Shown here: in pieces, positions 28,606-35,953 of the stretch
Layout: every line of letters starts with the position of its first letter
Numbering within the stretch: the stretch's first letter is position 1
From: Patescibacteria group bacterium
GTDB lineage: Bacteria > Patescibacteriota > Minisyncoccia > Phycocordibacterales > UBA2100
DNA: 35,953 nt
NCBI GenBank assembly: GCA_015491135.1
Contig: WFWK01000070.1
Span: forward strand, 1 to 35,953
Reading direction: 5' to 3'
Position numbers and translations under genes: made by a program
Notes under the pieces: generated by a model
Database searches by the model: none
Seen by the model: the letters and a program-made list of their open reading frames with translations, nothing else
What the model was told of the DNA's origin: nothing

Positions 28606-29070
28606 TTGTCCACACAAACTCTCAGAGTCAAAAAAGGCAGGGCACCACGTCAAAAACCCAAAAAACACATTCCTAAAGAACTTAGGAAAACACGGCACCA
28701 CAGAAGGCCGCGTAGACTCGGGGGCAATGGAGGCGCAGAGAATATTTCTCTGATACCGGCTGTTGAACATCAGGCTTGGCATACTCTTTTTAATCATATG
28801 CATGCATCTGCCATCGCCGGGGTTTTGGCATCAGTGTTTGAGAAGCCCCTTATTTTGCTTGTGGAAGATCAAAAAGTTGCTTCAATTGATTTTCAGTGCA
28901 CAGGGCTAAGCGCTCTTTACATTGACCCCTCCAACACTTTGGACTCCTTCAAAAGCAAGCAACAAAATGCATGGAATCTGCTGTGGGAAGGGTTATCTCC
29001 AAATGAAATTCTTGAAGATATAAACGCACGATTTCTTGACCCTGCGTATAAAATAGTTTTTGCAAAGTAG
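28606..29070 (+). CDS. Small basic protein with an HNH-like motif
   Basis: AGGAGGT at 28593-28599 before TTG; TRHHRRPRRLGG...NIS...EHQAWH motif. Confidence 0.65.
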   Translation: MSTQTLRVKKGRAPRQKPKKHIPKELRKTRHHRRPRRLGGNGGAENISLIPAVEHQAWHTLFNHMHASAIAGVLASVFEKPLILLVEDQKVASIDFQCTGLSALYIDPSNTLDSFKSKQQNAWNLLWEGLSPNEILEDINARFLDPAYKIVFAK

Positions 29071-29086
29071 ACTTGTTTCAAAAAAC

Positions 29087-29114
29087 AGAGGAGGTTTGAA
29101 TCCTCCTCTTTTTT
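29087..29114. terminator. Terminator between convergent genes
   Basis: agaggagg-tttgaat-cctcctct followed by a T-run and preceded by an A-run. Confidence 0.75.
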
Positions 29115-29116
29115 AG

Positions 29117-29632
29117 TTAGCGACCGGCTTTTACTTTCAGTTTGGCTTTTTTTGCCTTATTGATTTTAGGCATGCGAATTGTAAGCAGGCCATGGTTTTC
29201 ATTTGCGTTTGAAGATTCAACATCTATCTCCTCGGGCAACAAAATTGTACGTGAAAAAGTTCCCCAGTTAAGCTCGCGAGTGAAGTAATCATCGTTCTCC
29301 GGCATATCTTGAGGCTCTCTTGACCCTTCAATTGTAAGCATGTCTCTTGCTATTGTTATATCAAGCATTGATGGAGTCGAAGCGGGTACAAAAGCCTGCA
29401 CAACTATTTCATTGTCTTTTTGGTAAACATCAACAGGGAGTTCAACTGAAAAATCTTGCAATATTTCATTTTCGTTCTCTTGGGCGGTTTTTTCATTGAA
29501 ATCGGCCTCAACTTCGTTATCAAAAAAACCATCAGTTTCCGAGTAGTTTTCAAAGGTGTCGTCTTCAATATAGTCGTCAACCTTTTCAGCTTCAAATACA
29601 AAAGATTTAACTTTTTGCCACCATTTGTTCAT
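29117..29632 (-). CDS. Small heat shock protein (Hsp20/alpha-crystallin)
   Basis: PVDVYQ, LTIEGSR, WGTFSRTILLP, HGLLTIRMPK; acidic N-terminal region. ATG 29632 lies 6 nt after TATAAT. Confidence 0.92.
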   Translation of the reverse strand: MNKWWQKVKSFVFEAEKVDDYIEDDTFENYSETDGFFDNEVEADFNEKTAQENENEILQDFSVELPVDVYQKDNEIVVQAFVPASTPSMLDITIARDMLTIEGSREPQDMPENDDYFTRELNWGTFSRTILLPEEIDVESSNANENHGLLTIRMPKINKAKKAKLKVKAGR

Positions 29633-29694
29633 ACAATCATTATACACAACTTTTCTCAAAGATTAATTATTTAACTGTGGGTAACCGGAAGACC

Positions 29695-30399
29695 TTATCT
29701 GTAGGGTGTGACAGCTTTTATTCTTTTGATTTTTTCAAATGCCAAAAGAAGAAAAATAAGACCAAGCCAGACAAATACAAATATTTCAAGCAAAGAAGAG
29801 CTGATTTGATTTAAAAGAGCATAGTTAAACGCTCCATGTATAACAATGGAAAGTGATACTCCAAACAACAGTGCAAACAGCTTTATCACTCTTGTTTTGT
29901 AAAAAGCTAACGCCATGGAAACCCCGATTGTTGAGGAGGCAAGCACATGCAAAAGTGTTGCTCCCAAGAATCTGAAATTACCGGTTAAAATGCTCTGCAA
30001 AAATCCATCGTTTGTAAGAGGTTTTAAAAGAAATAGAGCGTTTTCAGCGGCGGCAAATCCCAAGGCAATGGTTAACATGTAAATTACCACATCAATAGGT
30101 TCATCAACTATGTCTTTCCTGTAAAGAATTACAAAGTAGGCCACGGCAAATTTTAAGAGCTCTTCAATGGCAGCCCATGCCCAAATGGTTGCTTGCGGAT
30201 TTAGCACATCTTGCGCGTATTGTTCAAACGGAATAACCAAAGGAACCACAAACATTCCGGCGATAAAGGTTAGAATTATAAACTTTTTAGGTTCGGGATT
30301 TTTGGAATCTTCCTTGTACCAAAACCAAAGCCAAATAAGCGCCGGTAGTACACCTCCTAAAATTGCGTAAAAAATTGTCTCTATACTAAGCGAGTTCAT
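29695..30399 (-). CDS. prsW: PrsW-family intramembrane protease
   Basis: WYKEDSKNPEP, AAIEELLK, GFAAAEN, TLLH, HGAFN motifs. Confidence 0.9.
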   Translation of the reverse strand: MNSLSIETIFYAILGGVLPALIWLWFWYKEDSKNPEPKKFIILTFIAGMFVVPLVIPFEQYAQDVLNPQATIWAWAAIEELLKFAVAYFVILYRKDIVDEPIDVVIYMLTIALGFAAAENALFLLKPLTNDGFLQSILTGNFRFLGATLLHVLASSTIGVSMALAFYKTRVIKLFALLFGVSLSIVIHGAFNYALLNQISSSLLEIFVFVWLGLIFLLLAFEKIKRIKAVTPYR

Positions 30400-32551
30400 G
30401 TTTTAATTTAATATTTGACGGCCAACTTGAAATCATAATAAACTTTTCATCTTTCATATCGTCGGGAATTTCTTGCCAAATGGTTTCGGTCAAAAACGGC
30501 ATAAAAGGATGCAAGAGTTTAAGTTGAATTTTAAGCATTTCAAGCAAGAGAGTCGCTTTTGAAGAGGCGAGTTCTTTGTTATCACTTTGTAGGTCAGATT
30601 TGCTCTCTTCCAAAATTTTATCGGCAAATGTATGCCAAATATAGTGATACAGTTTTTCACTTGCCAAGTGCAGGTTAAATTTGGAAATATCTTCTGTTAT
30701 TTCATCAGCAAATTTTTGCAGTTCAACAAGGGTTTTTTGGTCGTTTGCGTTTATCTCTCCTTGGCCATGCTGTTCAATTTGGGTCAGTACAAAACGAGCT
30801 ATGTTCCAAACTTTGTTTGCAAATTTTCTGTAAGCGCCTATTTTGTTTACATCAAGGTTTAAATCTGTTCCGGGAGTGTTGCCAACCACAAGCGCCATAC
30901 GTAGCGCATCTGTTCCAAATTGATCAGAGACTTCTATTGGGTTTATTACATTTCCTTTGCTTTTGCTCATTTTCTGCCCCTTGGCATCACGGACAAGTCC
31001 ATGCAAGTAAACCCACTTAAATGGAGGCTTTCCCGTTCTGTAGATGCCGAGCATTATCATTCTTGTAACCCAGAAGAACAAAATATCATAAGCGGTTTCC
31101 ATAACTTCGGTGGGGTAGTAGGTTTTAAAATCATCACCATCCGGGTAATCCAAAATTACAAAAGGCCATTGACCGGAGGAGAACCAAGTATCAAAGGTAT
31201 CTTTTTCTTTTTCAACTTCACCGCCACATTTTTCGCACTTGTTTATCTTATCTTCCAAGTCAACAAATCCGGCATTGCAATTTTTGCAAATCTTTGCCGG
31301 TATTGGAATGCCCCAAGCGATTTGTCTTGAAATGTTCCAATCTTTTATGTTTTCAAGCCAGTGCAGAGCAACCCTTTTGTATCTTTCGGTTACAAATTTA
31401 ACTTCTCCGGAGACTATGGCATCAATCGCTTTCTGCGCAAGAGGCTTGGTTTTTATAAACCACTGTCGTTTGAGTTGTGGTTCTATTTCACGTTTACATT
31501 TGTAGCAAACCGGTACACTATGTTTGTAATCTTCATCAACTTTTACCAAAAGTCCTAGCTGGTCAAGTTTTTTCACAATTTTTGGGCGAGCTTCTTCTAT
31601 TTTCATTCCGGCAAATTCACCAGCAATAGGCAAGAGTCTACCTCTTTCGTCTATTATTTGTTCATAAGGAAGATTGTATTTTTGAGCGATTTCAAAATCA
31701 ATTTCAGAATGCCATGGCGTTATTGTCATAGCACCGGTTCCAAGCTCCGGGTCTCCAGCCTCATCCTTCAGCAAAGTTGCTTTTATCGTGCCGTTTATCC
31801 ACGGCACTTCAAAGGTTTGACCATGTTTGTATTTACTGTAACGTTTATCATCCGGATGAACGACAATGTATTTATCGGCAAATTTTGTTTCCGGACGAGC
31901 GGTCCCTATGACAAAAGGCCCGTATTTTATATAGTAGAATTTTTCCACCCGCTCTTCGTATTCAACCTCCAGGTTGGATAGTCCGGTTTGATGTTTGGGG
32001 CACCAGTTGACACTGCGTAAACCCCTATAGAGAAGCCCGTCTTCTTCAAGTTTTTTAAACGTTTTGTAAACTTGCTTTATAACTTTCTCATCAAGTGTAA
32101 AAGTTTCGCGTGACCAGTCACATGAAGCGCCAAGCCTTCTGAGTTGGTTTTCCATGTATTTTTTATTCTCTTGTGTAAAATCCCAAATTTCTCTGTAGAG
32201 TTCTTCTCTTGACATTTGAAAACGAGAACGTCCTTCTTTTGTAAGCTTTTTTTCGTAGACAACTTGAGTTTCAAAACCGGCATGATCCGCTCCCGGAACC
32301 CATAGAGCCTTAAATCCTTGCATGCGAGCAGTTCTTGTCAGTATATCTTGGAGAGTTACAAAAAGAGCATGTCCGGCGTGTAAAGAACCGTTTGCGTTTG
32401 GGGGAGGCATTATTATGCAATAAGGGTCACCATCTTTATTTTTTTCTTTTAAATTATCTGGGTTAAAAAAGCCGGAGTCCTCCCACATTTTGTAAATACT
32501 CTGTTCGTTTTCGGTTGGATTATAGGGTTTTGTAAATTTTTCCGAAACCAT
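30386..32551 (-). CDS. valS: Valine--tRNA ligase (compact form)
   Basis: PPPNANGSLHAGH, DHAG, DWNISRQIAWG, DTFDTWFSSGQWP, KMSKS, LHPFMPFLTE. Confidence 0.96.
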   Translation of the reverse strand: MVSEKFTKPYNPTENEQSIYKMWEDSGFFNPDNLKEKNKDGDPYCIIMPPPNANGSLHAGHALFVTLQDILTRTARMQGFKALWVPGADHAGFETQVVYEKKLTKEGRSRFQMSREELYREIWDFTQENKKYMENQLRRLGASCDWSRETFTLDEKVIKQVYKTFKKLEEDGLLYRGLRSVNWCPKHQTGLSNLEVEYEERVEKFYYIKYGPFVIGTARPETKFADKYIVVHPDDKRYSKYKHGQTFEVPWINGTIKATLLKDEAGDPELGTGAMTITPWHSEIDFEIAQKYNLPYEQIIDERGRLLPIAGEFAGMKIEEARPKIVKKLDQLGLLVKVDEDYKHSVPVCYKCKREIEPQLKRQWFIKTKPLAQKAIDAIVSGEVKFVTERYKRVALHWLENIKDWNISRQIAWGIPIPAKICKNCNAGFVDLEDKINKCEKCGGEVEKEKDTFDTWFSSGQWPFVILDYPDGDDFKTYYPTEVMETAYDILFFWVTRMIMLGIYRTGKPPFKWVYLHGLVRDAKGQKMSKSKGNVINPIEVSDQFGTDALRMALVVGNTPGTDLNLDVNKIGAYRKFANKVWNIARFVLTQIEQHGQGEINANDQKTLVELQKFADEITEDISKFNLHLASEKLYHYIWHTFADKILEESKSDLQSDNKELASSKATLLLEMLKIQLKLLHPFMPFLTETIWQEIPDDMKDEKFIMISSWPSNIKLKHELA

Positions 32552-32579
32552 AATGCTATGGTAGCAAAACAAACCTTTG

Positions 32580-33737
32580 TTAACAAGGTTTAACAGTTTC
32601 TATGCTCCAGTTTGGGTCTGATTTTAGCTCATTTACATCAATTTGACAGTGGGGGTATGCAAACTCGGCTGTCGCGCTCATTAAAGCATTGTCTCCGGTT
32701 AAGTTTGCAGGGGCCTTGTATATATCTTTTTCAATATTCTTTTTTATCATCTCTGCAATGTGGCTGTTTGCAGATACACCACCTCCAATTATTACACTTT
32801 GTGCCTTGAATTCCTTTGAAGCTCTGGTGAGTTTTTCTGAAAGTACTTCAGCTGTTGCATCTTCAAATTCTCGCGCTATTGCAAGTTTCTTTTCGTCTGT
32901 AAGCTTGTTTTGCTTTTTTAAGTCATCTACAAAATATTTTACTGCGGTTTTAAGTCCGGAGAACGAAAAATCATATCCTTCTTTTAAAATCGGGCGAGGA
33001 AATTTTGTTTCAAGTTTAATGTTTTTCTCACGAGCTTCTTTTGCGAGTTTTGATATCTCGGGCCCCCCAGGGTAGGGGAGATCAAGCATTCTTGCAACTT
33101 TATCAAAAGCTTCACCTGCGGCATCATCAAGTGTCTCTCCGATTATTTTATAGTCTCCAAAATCTCTGATTAAAACAAGTTGAGTGTGTCCGCCCGAGAT
33201 AAGAAGAGCTAACGATGGTAGCTCGGGTTTTACGATGGTGTATGGATTATCTCCCTTTAAAAGGGTAGAAAAAATATGCCCCTCCATATGGTTTATGGGA
33301 ACAATCGGGGCTTTGGTTATTTTTGCAAGAGATTTTGCAAAATTTACTCCAACCCAAACTGCCGGATCAAGCCCGGGACCGGATACAACAACTATTTTTT
33401 CAAGAGGAATAAAGAAACCCGATTTCAAAAGTGTTGCCAAATGTACAAAAAGTTCAGGTTCTCTCTGCAAAACCTCTTTCAGTTCAGAGATTGTCTCTTT
33501 TTGGATTTCAATTTTCTGTAACTTAATTTTTGCATCTTTTATAAGTTGAACTAAAAGGGGAACCAGGTTTTTTGCATGCTCTCTTTTTGCAACATTGGGG
33601 AAAACACCTCCGTATTCTGCGTGTTTTTGAGCTTGTGAAAGAACGAGATGTGAGTGCACAAAAAGCCCCTCTTTTGTTTTTGAGGTTAAGGCAAGCGAGG
33701 TTTCATCACAGGTTGTTTCAATGGTTAAAGTATACAT
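32580..33737 (-). CDS. tsaD: tRNA N6-adenosine threonylcarbamoyltransferase
   Basis: IETTCDET, YGGVFP, HMEGH, SGGHT, DDAAGEAFDK, FSFSGLKT, GGGVSAN, DNALM. Confidence 0.97.
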   Translation of the reverse strand: MYTLTIETTCDETSLALTSKTKEGLFVHSHLVLSQAQKHAEYGGVFPNVAKREHAKNLVPLLVQLIKDAKIKLQKIEIQKETISELKEVLQREPELFVHLATLLKSGFFIPLEKIVVVSGPGLDPAVWVGVNFAKSLAKITKAPIVPINHMEGHIFSTLLKGDNPYTIVKPELPSLALLISGGHTQLVLIRDFGDYKIIGETLDDAAGEAFDKVARMLDLPYPGGPEISKLAKEAREKNIKLETKFPRPILKEGYDFSFSGLKTAVKYFVDDLKKQNKLTDEKKLAIAREFEDATAEVLSEKLTRASKEFKAQSVIIGGGVSANSHIAEMIKKNIEKDIYKAPANLTGDNALMSATAEFAYPHCQIDVNELKSDPNWSIETVKPC

Positions 33738-33784
33738 AGTGTTTATTATACAGAATTTTTTGGTTCAGATATAACATCGTTTTC

Positions 33785-34282
33785 GCACAAAGCAACTTGC
33801 AGGACTGTTAATTTCAACAGCTTGGATTACTTTGCTGTACTGCCTTCAACTTACGCTTATCGCGTAGGTTTTTTGCGGCCCCACGGGGAATCGGTGTCAG
33901 CTCACTAAGCTCCCAAGCCCTTTCGTTGAAAGGGCTTGCTCGCTAAGTGGCTCCTGCTCCGCACCATACTTCGGTATACGATTGCCCACTTTCTTCACTA
34001 TATTTTATCATTCAAGCTTTTTATTATGTATGCTTATTGGTGCGTATGGTGTGAGCCTACCCGCCCAGACTGTGGATTTTCTAATGCACGCTTGCATTGC
34101 AAGCGGGGCGATGTGTTTCATTGCCCCTAGAAAATCTACAGTCTGGGCCTGGGCTCGCATTGTTTTCGCCTCGCTTTGCTTCGGCTCAAACATCGCTCCG
34201 CCTTTCGATTCCCCACGCAAAGCAAAGCAGATTGCTTTGCTGTGGTGCCTTACAAACCTACGCTTATCGCGTAGGTTTTTTG
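33785..34282 (-). repeat. tRNA-anchored modular element, Glu copy
   Basis: Exact 42-bp direct repeat (33852-33893 and 34259-34300) containing the tRNA 3' end; split antisense segment 34204-34249; scaffold gcaggagccacttagcgagc...gagcttagtgagctgac shared with the Val copy. Confidence 0.88.
34067..34144. mobile_element. 78-bp branched-hairpin insert, copy 2
   Basis: agactgtggattttcta ... tagaaaatctacagtct; same length and internal hairpins as 20977-21054. Confidence 0.8.
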
Positions 34283-34354
34283 CGGCCCCACGGGGAATCG
34301 AACCCCGCTTTCCAGGATGAAAACCTGGCGTCCTAGCCGATAGACGATGGGGCC
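34283..34354 (-). tRNA. tRNA-Glu(TTC)
   Basis: GGCCCCA/TGGGGCC acceptor, CCAGG-TT-TTC-AT-CCTGG anticodon arm, GGTTCGATTCC. CCA not encoded. Confidence 0.96.
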
Positions 34355-34414
34355 GGACCAACGTATATTAGCATTTTTGTACAAAAAAACAATTCTGTGA
34401 TATTTTATACCAAC

Positions 34415-34502
34415 GGAGGGCTGCCCGGAACTGGTAACGGACCGCGCTCGAAACGCGGCGCGCCTTCGGCGCTTGTGGGTTCGAGTCCCACGCCCTCCGC
34501 CA
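34415..34502 (+). tRNA. tRNA-Ser(CGA)
   Basis: GGAGGGC/GCCCTCC acceptor, CCGCG-CT-CGA-AA-CGCGG anticodon arm, long variable arm, G73, encoded CCA. Confidence 0.95.
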
Positions 34503-34720
34503 CGGCCCCTTAAAAATAAATATTTTACTTTAACCAACCATGAGCGCCCATGGGCTTATGTAGTGATGTCCTAAGATTGGAAAGTGGAGCTGGGCAGGCA
34601 AACAAAAAACGAGTCCGATGCAACGTATCGGGCGAGTATTTTTGTTCGGAGGAGTTGGTTTGAGGAAATATTTCTTGCACGGAAATGCATTAAAATTTAT
34701 AATTACAATTGCAAACACTA

Positions 34721-34794
34721 GGGCGGTTAGCTCAGTTGGTTAGAGCGCATCCTTGACGTGGATGAGGCCAGAGGTTCGAGCCCTCTACCGCCCA
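34721..34794 (+). tRNA. tRNA-Val(GAC)
   Basis: GGGCGGT/ACCGCCC acceptor, CATCC-TT-GAC-GT-GGATG anticodon arm, GGTTCGAGCCC. CCA not encoded. Confidence 0.96.
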
Positions 34795-35023
34795 CAAATG
34801 AAATGTGTGGGCGGTAAGAAAGCAAACTGCTTTGCTTTCGTGAGGGCGAGAAAGGCGGAGGCATGTCGCGCGCAGCGCGAGTAAAGTGAGCGCGAGCACG
34901 ACAGCCGAGCCCGGGCAGGAGCCACTTAGCGAGCCAACTCTTTCGGAGAAAGAGTTGGAGAGCTTAGTGAGCTGACGCCGAGCCCTCTACCGCCCACAAA
35001 TGAAATGTGTGGGCGGTAAGAAA
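34795..35023 (+). repeat. tRNA-anchored modular element, Val copy (simplest form)
   Basis: Exact 45-bp direct repeat (34777-34821 and 34979-35023) starting in the T-loop; split antisense segment 34808-34852; shared scaffold 34853-34978. Confidence 0.9.
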
Positions 35024-35160
35024 TAAGTAAATAAATGCTTATCGTTTGTGAATGTAAAAAATGGTTGCAAATTACAAAAAAATGTAGTTTTTAAATCTGC
35101 AATTCACACAGATTCACTTTGTATACAAAACAAATACCGCGCATATGGTATAATTTTCAC

Positions 35161-35613
35161 ATGGAAGTATATCTCGCCTCTGATCATGCAGGGTTTGATG
35201 CAAAAAAGGAACTTATAACCTTTTTGTTGGAAAAAGGTTATGATGTAAAAGACTTTGGAGCATTTGAATATGATCCTCAAGATGATTACCCAGATTTTAT
35301 AGCTCCTCTTGCAAAAGCTATATCGCACAAAAAGAAAGATGTTTTCGGTTTTATCTTCGGAGGGTCAGGACAGGGTGAAGCGATAGTGGCAAATCGTTTT
35401 GCAAATGTACGCGCTACTGTTTTAGCATGTGAGAACAAGCAGTTGGTAACTCTTGCGCGAGAGCACAACAATGCAAATGTTCTAAGTTTTGGCGCAAGGT
35501 TTTTGTCGGTTGAGTTTATAAAACAGGCGGCGATTTTGTTTTTAGAAACCGATTTTTCACACGCCCCGAGGCATACAAGAAGGATTGAGAAAATAGATAA
35601 TTTAGATTTATGA
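35161..35613 (+). CDS. rpiB: Ribose-5-phosphate isomerase B family protein
   Basis: LASDHAGF, DDYPD, GGSGQGE, AREHNNANVL, RHTRR. Confidence 0.93.
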   Translation: MEVYLASDHAGFDAKKELITFLLEKGYDVKDFGAFEYDPQDDYPDFIAPLAKAISHKKKDVFGFIFGGSGQGEAIVANRFANVRATVLACENKQLVTLAREHNNANVLSFGARFLSVEFIKQAAILFLETDFSHAPRHTRRIEKIDNLDL

Positions 35614-35953
35614 TTACAGATGCGCAACTTAAAAAACTAAAAGAAACTTCAAAAAAAATTCGCATTGCTGTTTTGGAAATGCTTGCCGAAGCAGGCTCCG
35701 GGCATACTGCCGGCTCACTCGGTATGGCAGATGTTTTTACCCTTCTTTATTTTCATATTCTGCGACACAAACCACAAAACCCAAATTGGGAAGACAGAGA
35801 TGTGGTTGTCCTTTCAAACGGGCACATAGCACCGGTTTTGTATGCGACACTTGCATATGCCGGCTATTTTGAAAAAGAGCTGCTTCACACCTTAAGAAAA
35901 CTACACTCTCCGCTTCAGGGTCACCCTCATAAAGGAGCTCTTGCCGGAGTGGA
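35610..35953 (+). CDS. Transketolase N-terminal part (3' partial, not in ORF track)
   Basis: ATGA overlap with rpiB stop. Hand translation: MITDAQLKKL...AGSGHTAGSLGMAD...DRDVVVLSNGHIAPVLYA...SPLQGHPH, open to the window end. Confidence 0.93.
   Translation, partial: MITDAQLKKLKETSKKIRIAVLEMLAEAGSGHTAGSLGMADVFTLLYFHILRHKPQNPNWEDRDVVVLSNGHIAPVLYATLAYAGYFEKELLHTLRKLHSPLQGHPHKGALAGV

Noticed and set aside
29068..29086. Fifth MITE-like terminus (tagacttgtttcaaaaaa) at the HNH-like stop codon
   Set aside because: Only about 9 bp match and no partner end; could be a remnant but cannot be supported.
131..33549. Many short ORFs antisense to or out of frame within long genes (e.g. 1423-1836, 5138-5617, 11579-12013, 23321-23743, 30920-31330)
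   Set aside because: They lie within well-supported genes and show no motifs or start signals.
33852..34300. Prophage or genomic island bounded by attL/attR
   Set aside because: The enclosed DNA is under 400 bp with no integrase or credible ORF; treated as a non-autonomous element.
33936..34718. ORFs 33936-34130, 33982-34320, 34008-34361, 34097-34336, 34250-34537, 34530-34718
   Set aside because: They overlap tRNAs and GC-rich palindromes, lack start signals and protein motifs; shadow ORFs.
33852..35023. CRISPR array suggested by 42-45 bp direct repeats
   Set aside because: Only two copies of each repeat, 202 and 407 bp apart, derived from tRNA 3' ends, and no cas genes.
1..35953. Alternative genetic code (UGA = Gly, code 25)
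   Set aside because: Conserved genes are full length under code 11, several end in TGA, and RF2 is present.

Overview
A gene-dense, AT-rich bacterial chromosome segment with mostly housekeeping genes: a PIF1-like helicase, uvrB, miaA, ahpC, a pseudouridine synthase, class II nrdJ, rdgB, prfB, ftsEX, pyrG, infA, clpB, a cyclophilin, hsp20, prsW, valS, tsaD, rpiB, a transketolase start and six tRNAs. The shortened RF2 and ValRS, the solitary baseplate-J-like membrane protein and the scattered tRNAs suggest a Patescibacteria/CPR (Parcubacteria-like) genome; this is inference. No CRISPR array, integrase or transposase is visible. The unusual content is non-coding. (1) Three different tRNA genes (Gln, Glu, Val) are each followed by a modular 230-500 bp element with a shared scaffold and a segment antisense to that tRNA's own 3' end; two of them also duplicate the tRNA 3' end from the T-loop. 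(2) A 78-bp branched hairpin is inserted at the same CCC^GGG site of this scaffold in opposite orientations at two loci, and the third locus shows the empty site. (3) A ~165-nt GC-rich RNA-like structure with a perfect four-way junction has its own promoter and U-tract. (4) A MITE-like family with terminal inverted repeats occurs at gene ends. (5) A palindrome sits at identical spacing before the ahpC and candidate-RNA promoters. (6) Most genes appear leaderless, whereas three stand-alone genes use strong Shine-Dalgarno sites. All calls come from reading the sequence; no database search or folding program was run.
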